Shown one piece after another: positions 1 through 13,563 of a DNA stretch of 64,000 nucleotides. The notes below the pieces were generated by a model. That model was not told the DNA's origin. It did not search any database and saw only the letters and a program-made list of their open reading frames with translations. The stretch is from Tricharina praecox (taxonomy: Eukaryota). Within the stretch, counting starts at the first letter, position 1; every line of letters begins with the position of its first letter. The DNA lies in assembly GCF_024521635.1 (NCBI RefSeq), contig NW_026250410.1, positions 248,001-312,000 of the forward strand. Direction: 5' to 3'. The translations under genes and the position numbers were made by a program.

Positions 1-1597
1 TGGGCGGAGATGGCGGAGTGGGCGGAGCGGACACCAGATGCCCCCGCTGTGCGCGCTGTGTAAGCTGCGAACCGAGTGCTAAATGGCGATGTCCGGGTCG
101 GTTTTATCCCTTTGTCTGAAGTCCAGAGTCCAGACTGGCAGATCCACCCTCCCTCTCCCACCCCCCTTCATGAGATATCCAGACCTTCCACAGAACGCCC
201 TACCTTCAAGTCCGAAAGTCCGCGTGGGTGAACACGGAAGTTGACGGAACAGGCAATGTCCGCTCGCCGCCGCGGTCACTCGGGCGGCGAGCGACCCCTA
301 CTCCCCCGCCAGACCTAGTCAGTGGTGGCAAATACGCGTATAGTACTAACTTGGTTCCTGTTTTTCCGAACTAGAACAACTAGAACAGGTAGGAAGCACG
401 CCAGAAACACGCCAGAAACACGCCAGAAATCTTCAGCGCTCGGCCGCGCCGCCGTAAGCTTACCTCACTTACTTGCACTCCAGTTGCTCTCGGGGGAGGA
501 GGGGTGGCAGTCGTATGGATGTAGAAGCCTTCTGGATCCGCTCACTGCGGACCGTGGAAGTTTGTACCTAGTTTGTTCCTAGATATTCCGACTTTGCGCG
601 AAGGCGGATCTATGTAGATAGAGCGTTCGCGGTGCTCGGTGGCCCGTTCGTATTCGTTTTGAGATTTCGTGAGCGTGGGCGAGAGTGGCGGCTTGCTCGC
701 TCGCCCGACAACGCGATTGAATCCGCCTTCGTGTGTGCGTGCTCGGCCTACGGTACTCGGCCTACTCGGTGAACGGCTCCTTCGCCGTCCGGGCACGTTT
801 GCTCGCTCGCTCGCTGTTTTAAGACACGAGACCGGGGAACGGAGGACATACGGCACACTACACACCACACACCACGCAGAGTCGTAGCATTCATTCATTC
901 GGCAAGTATCATACGAGCAAGCGCAAGTATGAAGTAGGTGCCCATTATATGAGCGTGCTCTGGGCATGTATGCTATGCCTATTCTACATTACCCCCCTCG
1001 GATCCAGAGTCGAGCCCTCGACCGCACAGTGCACACAGGGCCGCACTATGGCGCATCGTAATAACCCTTGAGGAGAACCACTGTCGCGTCCGGCTCCCTT
1101 GCGTTTCCAATGTAGCATATGTACTTACCTGGTACACAGTGACACCTCCATCGAGATCCGAAGCTTAATTCGTTCCACATGCACGGTGCACCACAGCACC
1201 ACATGCTCGCCAAAAATACCCCTGGAAGTGGTGTATATACGTTGGCGGCGAAACAGATGTATTAGGTACATGCTCTGTGGCAAGACGGACGATGGAAGCT
1301 TGGAATTGACGTCTTCGTGTGGTTGAATGAACGGTAACGATTCGGTAGGTATCGCGGGGTGAGCGGTAATGTTCACGAAGCTCGCTCTCTCACCATCCTC
1401 TACAAAATAGAGAATCAACCCCCACCTTCCCCTCCGATTCCTCTGTGTGTGCTGTGCTCTCCTCTCGGCCCCACTGCCGGCCTGGAGGGGTGTTGCCAAT
1501 TGGCAAAAGAGCCGTCTGCAAACCCAATTTCGCACGGGGCAGAGCGGTGCCATTGCGGAGATACATATCTGTTCGGTTCGCGGGCGTCTTCCGGAAT

Positions 1598-1687
1598 GAC
1601 CAGGACCAGGACCAGGACAAGGACAAGGACAAGGACAAGGACCAGGACCAGGACAAGGACCAGGACAACGACAAGGACCAGGACCAG
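1598..1687. repeat. Hexamer microsatellite (GGACCA/GGACAA)n
   Basis: About 15 tandem GGACMA units read directly. They produce the spurious DQDKDK/TRTRT ORFs in the track. Confidence 0.9.
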
Positions 1688-1987
1688 AGTCAATCGGCAG
1701 AGCACTCAGTGCGGAAGCGAAATCTCGCCGATCATCGGTTTGCACTCGCTGTCGGGCCGGACTCCGGCCAAAGCCCGAGTAGAGCTCAGTCGACCTTAGC
1801 CAGAAGTTCTGGGCCCCTACGGACGGCAGTGAGTACGAACTGGTGCGTGTATCCGATTGGACAAAACACCCGCCAGCAGTCTGAGACTCTGAGGACGGGC
1901 CGGGACCGGTCTCGTCTCGTCTTGTGTCCCAGCGCACGTTTGGCGAAACTGGTGATATTACATGTGGCATCCACAAGAAGGGACGGT

Positions 1988-2044
1988 ACCACGAGACCAC
2001 GAGACCACGAGACCACGAGACCACGAGACCACGAGACCACGAGA
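1988..2044. repeat. Octamer tandem repeat (ACCACGAG)n
   Basis: About 7 tandem units read directly. Confidence 0.9.
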
Positions 2045-3417
2045 TCATATTGCGTAAGCCTAAAACTGTAGTATTCAAGCTATACACATACCAGCCAACC
2101 CAAGTTACCCAACCTCCTCATCCTCATCCTCTCCCACCGCCCAGAAATCGCCCCCGCACATCCCAGAAGAGCAGCAACCAAACCCCTCAACCCTACCGGT
2201 ATCATACAAACACCAGATTGAAGCCGAGCACGCACAACCCGAGCTTGAGTATTGACGGGCGTGAGCATTGTACGTGCGGTCGAATCACTGCGGAATGGCT
2301 GTGAGCACTGGTTGTTTTGCTGGGAACGGGAGGGAGGTTGATGGAGTGCGCACATTGCCCGGTAACAGGGCGGTCTGATCGTTGCGGCAGTGATAGTGTT
2401 GTGGGGTTTGTAGCCTCTGCTGCTCCTACTACTACTCCTCCCGTGCCTTGGGTGGGAGGACGTCGACAGGTAGGTAGTCGTCGCGGTGACCGGCGGCAGT
2501 GGGGGCTGGGAATGGGAGCTGGTGAGCTGTCGATGGAAAAGAGGAAGGAGGAGAGTGAATGGGAGCTGGTTGAGCGACATTTGGAAGCATAAACCAACGC
2601 CAACATTGGTGGTTGAGTGGATCAATGGCGAGTGAGGCTAGGTGATCGCTGGGCGTCTGGCTTCAACTAAATCACTCGGCCCTACCTATCCTGCTCATGG
2701 AATGCGCCTTTCCGGGAAGACGTAGTACTCAATGAGTAAACAAAGGCAAGACGCAGTACATTGAGATGGACAGTGGCGAGAAGCCGCCGCACATATTGCC
2801 ATGATCTGGCTGGGTCGCATGCAATTAGTAACGATCAACCAAAAAACAAAACGACGACGGAGTAGTGGAGCCAGAGGTTACTCCCATCAACGAACACCAG
2901 CCAGTCAATGGTGTACGACGAGACACTGATTGGCTGAAACACCAGCGCCCTGACATATTCTTCGTATCTGGTTGTACAACCTGTAGAAACAGCATCTGGT
3001 TTATGGACAACTACTTCGCCCTCGAGCTCTCGAGCTCTAGATGCCAGCACACGAGAATACGAAGTCGGCGTACTGCAGTTGCACGGGCTGTCGCATCTCT
3101 GCCTCCTCATATGGCCCACCTCACATGGTCCGCATTTCAGACCCCCGGCCGGCCGGACGGACGATAAGAGGAGCGGCAGCGTGCATTGCCGCTCCATGTA
3201 CATACATAAAAGCCGCATTCCACCACATCCCCCCCTCCCGCCGCCGTTTCGTCGTTACCCGAGACTCGCCGGCAGGCAGGCACAGTTCCGATTGAAATTT
3301 CCGGTGTCTTCGTGGTGGAACATGAGCCAGTATAAATGCCCCGTCCCCTCCCTCCCCCGGAGCCAGGTAGGAATAGCAGATAACACTCGCACGCACGCAC
3401 GCACACACGGGATCACG

Positions 3418-4128
3418 ATGCTCTCACTGGACCCCCTCAGAAACCTCTACAGCCCTTCTCCAGCGGTCGGCGACCGCCGCTGGAAAGTCCAGCCGCCGAA
3501 CCGCCCGCTCCTGGGCATCCTCGCCGCAAATGTGTGCATACTCGTCACCGCCATCAGCGCGCTGCATGTCTACGCCGCTGAGGATTACTGGGTCAGAGCT
3601 GAGGACTGGTACACCTCTCTGTTCGGGTAACCGCCCCTCCCCCCCCCGCTCCCCCTCCCTCCCCCTCCCCCCAGCTTCACTCGTCTAACCAGGAGCCGGG
3701 TATGGCGGCGGGGGGTTCAACAGAGCCATCTTCGTTACGATCGGCGTCGCATTCGCGGTCTTCGCGGCGCTGGACATAACGCTGTTCTACAAGCACCGGC
3801 TGAACCCGATCTACGCCGTCAGCATCGCGTCGATATGGAGCGCTGGCTGGATCAGCGCCGCGGCTATCATGTGCAAGATGTGCTCGCCCATGGTGCGGTC
3901 CCTGTACACGGGCGACCCGTTTGGGGCCAAGGTCGTGCCGGTGCTCTATGCTACGTTCTGCTGCGCGAATACGTGAGTCGAGATCCCCCGCTGTGCTGGT
4001 GTGAGGTGCTACACAGAGCTGATGGGTGAAGCGCGTTTTATCTCTGGTATCTGGTCCTGGCGGTCAAGACTTTTAGGAGGTGGAAACACGAGGAGAAAGA
4101 GAGAGTTGAGCTGAAGGACTGTGTTTGA
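3418..4128 (+). CDS. Small 4-TM (MARVEL-like topology) membrane protein, three exons, with an apparent +1 frameshift
   Basis: Exons about 3418-3626, 3693-3972 and 4032-4128, with GTAACC..CTAAC..AG and GTGAGT..CTGA..AG introns. Four hydrophobic segments: LLGILAANVCILVTAISAL, AIFVTIGVAFAVFAAL, IYAVSIASIWSAGWISAAAIM, VVPVLYATFCCANTAFYLWYLVLAV. The exon 1/exon 2 phase only matches if the G6 run at 3710-3715 is one G shorter. Confidence 0.55.
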
Positions 4129-5581
4129 AACGGGGAATAGCGGAGGGGTGGGGTGGAGGGAGGGAGAGAGAGAGGGGAGGGGGTGCTCTATGTTCGTGTA
4201 CTGGTTGGCAGGGCAATTGATTGATTGGACGTGGTGTTTTGCGGCTGAGGCTGTGCTGTGCTGAAATCGAACCAGTGACCAAAATTCTGGAATGACCTAT
4301 CGCAGTCGTTGTTCGTTCTGCACCTGAGCTGCTACGCATCCACCTGGACATTTATGTAGAAATAAACAGCCAGCGGCGAAGCAATCCGCCCTCCCACCCC
4401 TTCACGGGTAGCCATCGTGCATAGCATACGAGTGATCGACGGTGACACCAGCGCCGTTGTGCCACTGCCCACCATGCAAGCTCCACCACTGACAGCACAC
4501 GACGTCCCTGCACCACCGTCACCACCTGCCGTGTTCTCAGCGCCGCAGCGGCATGCAGGACGGGTGTCCAGCTCGCGTTACGCAGGAACGGGTTATGTAT
4601 GATAAACGGCACGGGTAGCAACCGCAACCGCAATCCATACCTCATACATCATACCTCATACCTACATGAAGCATCGGGCTCCATGGAGTAGGAGTTGTGC
4701 ACCCCCACCTGTATCTACAGACACTCCTGATTGCTTGTGGAGAAAGATGCCGTTGGTGCTCCGTTACACTAAACAGTGAATACCGGAACGCATTAGGTAT
4801 TGGACGGCGGGCATTTGAATTTTGGACTCAGTCCTGCTCGACTCTCGTTGTCAACGGTGTCGGAGTCTTCAAGGCGGCACTTACGTGGAAGGTGGGATCA
4901 ACTAGAGTAGAGTAGAGTACTCTACCTTGGTCATACAACCAAGCTGCCCAGTGCCCACTGAGGGAGCGCGGGGTAGAGTAGAGTAGAGGCATCTCTGTGT
5001 TGCGGTGAGCGGCGGTATGTACTGCCTATGGAGAGACGTTGTGGTTATGGAGGACAGGCCGGGGAGGCGGAGGTGGTGTGACGTAGGTCTGTCTCGAAGC
5101 GGAGGATCAACGTTGATTTATTCTGGTCTTGTTCTTGTCTTCTTCTTGCTTCCATTCATAACAGACAGACACATCATTCAGCACTCTTATTTTCTTGATC
5201 AAGTTTTTGAGCCTCTCACCACCCGACTAACTTTACATCTACTCTACTCAAGACTGAACAGAAGACCACTCTCAATCATCCCAGAGAAAGCGAATGCAAA
5301 TCGAGTGATTTGACATGTTTCACTGAAGCGAATCACGACACAGGTAACCCCATAGTCCTAGACAAGTGGTATATGGTATATTGTTCCTAAACTTACATAC
5401 AGAACGTCTCCATCCCAACAAAAGGAAACGATTTCAACTCCTTAATCCGAGCAACGAGCAAAAATAACAAAGATAACCGATATCCGCAACCCATAATCCC
5501 AAGCAGAATAACCAACCAAAGCCCGACCAAAGTGAACAATAACAACAGGAATGAAGAAAAGAAGGGCTAAAGCAAAACGCT

Positions 5582-7738
5582 CTACTTCTTCTGAGGTATC
5601 AAGCAAGCAGCAAAGAACTTCTCGACCAAGTCGGTGTCCTCGAGCTCGCAGACCAGCGACACGTACTGGTCGGGACGGGAGATGACCAAGCAACCGCGCT
5701 TGGGATCGACGCCGTAGTTCTTGTATGCGTGTCCATGGCCCTCGTGGTGGGACATGTCGTCGACGTACACGGACCAGTAGTCGTGCTGGGGGCGGAGGGC
5801 GGTGGGGAAATCGTGGAGCTCGACCTCGACGCGAGGAGCCGAGTGGATCGTCAAGACGTGGAAGAGACCGTCGCGCTTGCGGTCGGCGGGGGTGTACTTG
5901 TGGATGAACGAGTCGGGCTTGTCGAGGTGGGCGGCGAGCTTCTCGATGCGCGCCTTCTGCTCGGCGTCGCGGACGTCACCGGCGAAGACGGTTACCCGCC
6001 AGCGCGAGTCGGACTTCATCAGGTCCTGGAACTGCCATGGCCGGGAGTCGGACTGGTTCATCACCTGGAAGGAGTTGAAGCGCTGGCCGACGGGGATGCC
6101 GGTGGCGAGCGACTGCTTGGACTCCACGACCGCGGGCTTGACGGGGTTGTGAGGGTCCTCCGTCTCGGGAGCGGGCTTGGCGATGAGGTTGCTGGCCTTG
6201 TAGTCGATCGACACACCGGAGGCGAAGAGGTGGGACTTCTCGAAGACCTTCTTGAACTCCTCCATCGAGACACCGGCCTCGTCGGCGGCGTCCGTGGCGG
6301 GTTTGCCGGAGAACAGCTTGGCGAACTTGCGGTCGAAGTTGATCAGGTCGTGGGCGACGGCAGAGCGCTCGTAGCCGTAAGTGCTAAGAGCCGACCGGTC
6401 AAGAATACCCTGGCAGGCGGCACCGACCTTCCAGGCCAAGTTGTAGGTGTCCATCATGGAGGTGTTCATGCCCTGGCCGGCCTTGGGCGAGTGGGTGTGG
6501 GCAGCGTCACCGGTGATGAAGACACGGTTGTGGCTGGAGAAATCGTCGACAACACGCTGACCGATCTGGTAAGCGGTGAACCACTGGATCTCCTCGTACG
6601 TAATGGTGTAAGGAGCCATGATCTTCTGGCAGGCCTTGAGGATCATCTCGGGCGTGATCTTGGCGCGGTTGACACGGCCTTCGGCATCACGCTCGACCTC
6701 GGAAAGCTGGATGTAGAAGCGCACGAGAGCGCCCTCACGGGGAATGACCATGACGGAGCCGGAGTTGGCGCTGTGGATGGCACATCGGTTGCGAATGTCG
6801 GGGAAGTCGGTGATGGGGACAATGTCCAGGACTCCCCAGACGTAGTCGGTATGCTCACCGAGCATCTCGAAGCCGAGCTGTCTTCGAACCCAGGAGTGGG
6901 CACCGTCGCATCCGAGAACGTACTTGCAGTTGACGATCTCGGTGCTCTCCTTAGCGGTGTCTTCGGCAAGAGCGTTGTCCTCCTCGGCGGTGGTGACCAA
7001 GTTTGTGGAGCGGAAGAGTCCGTTGAGGACCTCGTGACCGAACTGTTCGGGGGCGCTGGCCTCCTCCTTGAGATGGCGCAGGACGACTTTGACCGGGTAG
7101 GCATCGTTGTCGTCGACCTTTGACTCGTCGATTTCCATCGACTCGGGCATAGTGCTGAACTCAACCTGGGCGCCACCATACTTCTTCAGGTTGTCTTTGA
7201 AGTAACCCTCAACCCAACCCTGGTGCAAGACAATCTGCTGGAACCGGGAAAGTCCAGGGCTCATGTCGGGAATGCGACCGGTCCGCACTACGCCTTTTCC
7301 AGACTCGTCGGGGTTCCAAAAGCAAATCTATATTGGGACCGAGTCAGCAAATCGGCGTCATCGCGACAGTGGGGTTGTCATCAGTACTGACCTCGAGCAT
7401 GTGGTTGGCGTCCTTCCAGGCCCGGTCGGCAAAGCCGAAACTCTGAAGAACCTCCAATGTGCGACACTGCAGACCATCGGCCTGTCCGGCAAAGATCTTT
7501 CCGTCGCGCTTCTCCACGATGCGCACCTTAACACCCTTGTGTCGCGCGAGCCATGCGGCGGCCATATATCTGAATAGGCGCGATCGTTAGAATATTGCCC
7601 CACTCCATGCAATGCAAGTCCAACGGCCTGGTACGCCAAATCGTAGATGACCTACCCGGCAGGACCGGCCCCAACAATCAGGACATCGCAGTCGGATGTC
7701 TGCACCTCTTTGGTCTTCGGGACTTGGGCGGTAAGCAT
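5582..7738 (-). CDS. Phenol 2-monooxygenase-like FAD-dependent aromatic hydroxylase (about 668 aa, 3 exons)
   Basis: Exons 7738-7656, 7569-7392 and 7327-5582 join in frame. Motifs: DVLIVGAGPAG (Rossmann), GQADGLQCRTLE, GCDGAHSWVR (DG), GDAAHTHSPKAGQGMN (GD), and a C-terminal thioredoxin-like dimerisation domain ending RPDQYV. Confidence 0.93.
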
Positions 7739-8745
7739 CTTCGCGAGGTGTTTCGTAGGTGAGATGGGTGCTGATGATTTTCGTAGGGAACGAGATGTAT
7801 ATCGCCGGCAATATAGAAGTGGGGTACGGACAAGGGAACCGAAGGATGGATACGGTACGGAGCGGATATATATGGAGATGAGATATAGAGATGATGTGAA
7901 GAGAAACCTGGCCAGAGCAGCGGAGGGAAACAGTTATAACGCGTCCCCTCGCCCCCTCCATCGGCTACTTGCCCCCACCAAGCTGGTTCACCGAATTACC
8001 CCGTGGGGACTTTTCCGCAGGCACGTCCGCCTATCCGCGAGCCCAACCGGATTTCAAAATGCCCGGTCGGGTTGCATCTGCTGGGGCCATCTGCTACCCA
8101 CTTGCCTAGCGCAAGATGCTGGGCGGATTAAGTCTAAGTTGGCGTCCCCCCACATGGCCGTCTAAAAGGTTCCCAGCCGCTCGTCCAGGGGTGGAAAAAT
8201 TCCAGGTCCAGACCCAAGTGCGATGGCCGCCATTCAGCGAACTAGCGCCATCATCATCGGACCTCTGCGCAACTGCGTCGGATGAGTGGCCAGGGTCGCC
8301 CACCCGCTGGCCTTGACTTGGTCCGGGGCTCTTCAGCTGTTGGTGTCGGCCAGACGATCCGAAACATCCGTAGATAGGCATGATAGTCCAACATCCGAAC
8401 CACTGCCTGGCCATGAGGAAGTGCAAACATCCGAGGGCGTTCACGGGACCCGTCCCCATACCCAGTTGCACGGCCGTAGCCGACTTGCACCAATCTTATC
8501 ACGGATGGAAGAATGCGGGAAGGAAATCGAAAGTTGGCAGCGTGATATAGCTCCTCCGGCCTCCTCGTTCGTTCACCTCGCACTGCTATACAACCGCTGA
8601 GTACTTACCTACCCACGCTTTTGCTGCTGATAAACCACACTCTCGAGACCAAGCCAGCGCCCGGAGAGCTCTCCTTCACATTTATCACCACGTCTAAGCC
8701 CATAGAGCCGTTCCTCAGCCACCGAACGCCCCCGGAAAACCAACA

Positions 8746-10572
8746 ATGAGCAAGTACTCTATCATCACTGGCGCACAGGCGGCATTGAGCCAGCTCATTG
8801 CACAGCCAGAAGGCCGAACATTGCCGCTTCCCCAAGCAGCTATCGACTATGCCCTCAAGGTTAGGTTCACGGGCCGGGACCAGGTGTTCCTCCCATGTGT
8901 GATGAAGGAGGTTGAGGCCTCTGCGGCCCTGAAGGCCATTGAAGGCGGCATGGCCGCAGCCATTGGAGAGTTGCGGTTTGGCTTTAAGGAGGATGATATC
9001 GAGATCAACATGGAGCAGGCTGCGGCCTTTTTGTTCCAGGTGAGTGATAGTAACTTCTTGGGTTGCTCCCTTCAGCAATATCCAGAAACTGAGATCAGAT
9101 AATAGGCCTATCTTGCCTCCGTAGACGGACTCACAAAGCTCGATAAAGAAGTGCGTGCCCGTCTCCGGGATACCGACTTCAACCGGGCCCAGAGCAACAT
9201 CTACCGCCGATTGTCGGCCAATCTCTACAAGACTAAGGACAACGGCTTCTACCACATCCACGGATCTCTCGCTGCCTCGCCGGCGCTGGAGATGATTGGG
9301 CTCCCATCTCACCGCGAGGAGTTCACCGATGAGGACTACCACCAGATTCTGGAGTACATCGGCGATGCCGTAGCCAAGTTCACGGTCGAGGAGCTCGAGG
9401 AACTGAACAACGAACGCAAACTAGCCGGCATTTACGCCATCAAGGAAGACGAGTTCCTGGCCTCTGCCCACGGACAAGCCCTGCAAAAGCAGCCATACTG
9501 GCAAGTCGACTCGATAGAAACCACGACACCCCCCGCGCCCTTCCCCGAAAGCTTCCCCATCAACCCAGAATCCAACGACCGTCCCCAAATCCTCAGCGGC
9601 ATCCGCATCCTCGAGCTCTGCCGCATCATCGCCGGCCCAACCGTAACCCGCATCCTCGCCGAATACGGCGCCGAAGTCCTCAAGATCACCGCACCCACAA
9701 GCCCGGACGTGCCCTTCTTCCAGGTGGATGGCAACGTCGGCAAGCACGCCGCCGAGCTGGACCTGAAAACGCCCGAGGGCCGGCGGATCTTCGAGGAGCT
9801 GCTTGCGTCCGCCGACGTGATCGTCGACGGCTACCGTCCCGGCGCCATCGAGAAGCTGGGATACGGACCTACCGCTCTGAAGGAGCTCGCCCAGAAGCGC
9901 GGCAAGGGCTATGTCTACGTCAACGAGAACTGCTTCGGATACGATGCGCCCTTGGCGCACCGCGCTGGCTGGCAGCAGATCGCGGACTGCGTGAGTGGTC
10001 TGGCGTGGGCCCAGGGCCGCGCAATGGGCCGCAACGAGCCCATCATCCCGCCGTTCCCCATGAGCGACTATGGGTAAGAAGACATCCCTCTCCAGCCCGA
10101 CTATCGTACAGAAAGCTGACAGGAATTCGTATATAGTACCGGCTGCATGGGCGCCATCGCGGCGCTGACCGGCCTCTACCGGCGAGCGACGGAGGGAGGC
10201 TCGTGGTGGGGCAAGGCGAGTCTGGTGCAGTTCGACATGTACCTGATGTCGCTGGGCTCGTACTCGAACGAGATCTGGCAGAACCTTGTGTCGAAGCAGC
10301 ACGAGGACTTTGCCCAGATCCGCTACAACGACTCGGTCGACCACATCGGCAAGACCGCGCTCAAGGGCATGAAGAAGGTTGCGCCGTGGTACTGGGATGA
10401 GGAGGATACCTACCTGCAGGAGATCGATTGTCCCGGCTTCGGCGGGAAGATCAAGATCGTTAGGCCCGTGGTCAAGATGGCGAAGACGTGGAATGGTTTC
10501 AATGAGACGAGTAGGCCCAACGGTTACGATAAGGCGGAGTGGTGGATGGAGACAAGCTCGAGCTCGAGCTAA
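8746..10572 (+). CDS. CoA-transferase family III (CaiB/BaiF-like) protein (about 565 aa, 3 exons)
   Basis: Exons 8746-9039, 9106-10073 and 10137-10572 join in frame. Motifs: LSGIRILELCRIIAGP, LAEYGAEVLKI, GK...LDLK, ADVIVDGYRPGA and PMSDYGTG (family III Asp position). It has an N-terminal degenerate half typical of the long fungal members. Confidence 0.9.
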
Positions 10573-10883
10573 GGGGTTTTTCAGAGGAGGGGGTTTTTTT
10601 TGGTTTATGGACCCACCGTTTGTTAGAAGTTGCATATACCCAATATCCAGCCGCGTCCTTCCGTTCGTTCGTCAATGTAATGCAGTCAGAGTACATTTTC
10701 AAATAAATCCTACTGTACTATACATATATATTGGAATGGAAGATTGATATCAATCCTCCAGCAATAAATGAAAGTCAAAGCAATAATACCCAACTCCTAA
10801 GATTACCACGCCTATTCTATATCCCTCCCCCCTCTCCCCTCCCGCTTCCCCCAAAGTATGCCTGTGATCCTTGAGTACATCTC

Positions 10884-13563
10884 CTAACCGGGCGGAGGAT
10901 TCATCTCCATCTCCGTCTGCGCACTCATAAAGAAATTACTCGGCGGGCCGTCCCACGAGAACTCCCACGGGACCGTCTGAGTATCCGCATACCCCGCCCC
11001 ATCACCAGGATCCATCCAGCCAAAGGGATTAAAAAAGTCCACGCCGCCCGCATACATATCCGTGTCCGCCTTGACCAGCGGTCCGCTTCCCAAATCGAAC
11101 TGCCCCGTCACTCCCGGCGTCATACTGAGCCCCGCCATGGGCCCTTTAGAATCGATGTAGGTCGGGAGGATCTGGTTGTTCGGATCGTGTTGGCCGTTGG
11201 ATGCGACAGACACCAGTGCGTGCGCGGCAACACTCTCGCGGCTTGCGGGCTCGGTCGAAACGGCACGGCTCTGGTAGGTGCCCGCGAAGTATTCGTTGCT
11301 GGTGGAGCGTAGCTCGTCCAGTAGGTCTGGCTCCCCCGGGCCTTCCCCAACGTCGCTCAGCCCGCGCGCGTTGGTTCGTTGGGCTTGCTGTTGTTGGTGA
11401 CGCCGCTCGTAGCCTTCGATTAGTGCCTGGTTAAAGTGTAATAGGATGCTGTGGTAGCGTTTCGCGGTGCAGGTCTCCACGCTCGCGCATTCGCCCATAA
11501 GTGCTATCAGCCGCGGCGCTCGGTTGCGGAACTTGGCAAGGGCGTCCTCTTCGTTTTCGTGGCTGTCACGGGGACACAGGACTTGTGGTAGGACACTGAA
11601 TGTCAAAACCAATCCCGCAGTAAACAGATAGTAACTACATCAAAACACCACGGATTAGCAAGAAAAACCGCATAAACGATGGATCATGGGGCATTACATC
11701 AGTGCAGCGTCGTTCCTTTGTAAACTACCCCGTCTCTGCATCCGATGAGCCAAGGCCACAGTCCTCTCCGCTACTAGCACGCAGGCCCAAGCATATCTCA
11801 ACATCTTTCGCTTGACGCTCGACTTGCTCGAAGATCTCCGTTTGTTACATCGGCAGTTCTCGTCGTCCATGATCTCTTCAGTCGAGGCTTCGACGACCCG
11901 TTGCAGGAAAGGCCGAGTTAACAGGATGACGGCATGTAGGTACGCCATGTGCAGTTGCACGACTGCAGCATCGGTGTCATTGTCCAGCGAAGCACATGAT
12001 GGCAAAGACTTCCACCATGTCTTCAGCTCCGCGCTCAACTTTTCGGTAACGTCTCGGGAAATCATTCTTTTCAGGTAGACAAGCTTGACGATATGGCCAA
12101 TTATGACGTGAAGTCGCACCTTGGCCGCAAGCTGATGGATCTGGTGGGTGGTCGCTGGCTGCTCGGCAGAACACCGGCAGTCCGTTAATGGATCGTCCGT
12201 TGGTTCTGTCGAAAACACTGGATCATTGCAGTCTTCGTCCTGTATCGCTAGCGGTCGTCCAAGGGAACATCCTGTGAATCGATCTAGCGAATAAAGCGTC
12301 CAGAACACGAGTCTTCGACGTCTGTAGTAGCTTTCGTCACAGCGGTGCTGCTCAAAGGGGAGCTCTGTCGAGTATATTCGATGCAAGCCAAGGGATTCGG
12401 CAACTCGGATAGCAAGACCGATGTACGTCCATGAGGAATTCCGCTTCGACGCATATTGCATGTATAACGAAAATACTAGCAGCAATCTAACCGACCAAAA
12501 GTCCGCTGACTCAAACACATCCTCCATCCCAGTCCTGGCCGCATCGAAGTATTGCATCCCGTCTCCAGTCATCTCTTCGGGCTGTGTGGTGAAGAACGTC
12601 CCCACGGCGCAAACTGCGTTTAGAAATGCGATGTCTCGGCTTCTGGCTCCCGTTGCCGGCACGGGTCCACCGGTGTACACGACAGAGATGAGGTGGTTCA
12701 TCTCTTCGCGGTCCAAGACATAGTGCACACAGTTGACGTTTGTGAAGAACATGTCGATCAACACCGTAGCCACCTGTGGAGGAGGAGGCAGCGAACCCGC
12801 CACGGTGAATGGAAGCCGTGGGATGATTGGTCGGTCGACGATCGAGTTCTGTGCCAAGTCGGAGGTAAACGTCGAATGCCCGAGCGAGTCCATCACCGTT
12901 TTCCGCACTCGAGCAAGGAACGACAGAGATCCCGTCTCCCCAATGTAAACTGTGACATTGTCAGCCTCGTGTCAACAACCACTCAGGCTTAGCCGTACGT
13001 AGTCGACCACTAGGGTCGGAGAGCAGGCGAGTCTTATGGTCGATAGGCGCCTCAACTTTATCGTCATCCGTGTCGGTTCCGGTCCCGGTCCCGGTCCCCT
13101 CGCTGGTTTCCGCACGACTCGTTACAAGGTGAGTCGTAAGATCCTCAGCCGAGTTTGTCGGATGCGCATAGTAAGTGCCGACGCGCAGGGTGCTCGTGCC
13201 GTCGCCATTGCCCACGTTATGATTACTGCTGTTGTTACTATTGGGGCTGACATCGATCTGCTTATTCTGGACCGGCGAACACGGCGATCGAGTCGACCGC
13301 ACACTGGCACACTCGCTGGGGCCGTCGCTCGTCTGGGTGCTCTCGCGTCGCCGCTTCAGGTGCCGTGGAGGTTGTTCAACGTAGATGCAATCAGCACCTC
13401 TTCTGCTGCAGATGTTACAGGGCTTCTGGCCGTCGCATTTCTGCTTCCGAGATTTGCAGGCGAGACATGCGTTGGCTATCCGCTTCCTCTGCTCGGCGGC
13501 GACCCGTCGCCTGGCCCGCCTCGCCTCATCGGGGTCTGGAACTGTTGACGATAAGGATTGCAT
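10884..13563 (-). CDS. Zn(II)2Cys6 fungal transcription factor with Fungal_trans middle homology region (about 855 aa, 3 exons)
   Basis: ACLACKSRKQKCDGQKPCNICSRRGADC binuclear cluster, a YIGETGSLSFL linker and a GLAIRVAESLGLHR..RRRLVFWTLYSLDR..LGRP middle region. Exons 13563-12999, 12949-11698 and 11634-10884 join in frame. Confidence 0.93.

Noticed and set aside
1125..2304. Overlapping ORFs with PGPCPC, TRTRT, DQDKDK and SWSRGLVV repeats
   Set aside because: They are translations of hexamer and octamer microsatellites.
2080..3167. Several 90-180 aa ORFs that look vaguely protein-like
   Set aside because: No consistent frame, splice structure or motif. They may be decayed coding DNA, but this cannot be supported.
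5729..7123. 464-aa + strand ORF, and similar antisense ORFs at 9421-10635, 16778-18010 and 44404-45474
   Set aside because: These are antisense shadows of GC3-rich real genes (hydroxylase, CoA-transferase, dioxygenase, MUS81) with no recognisable motifs.
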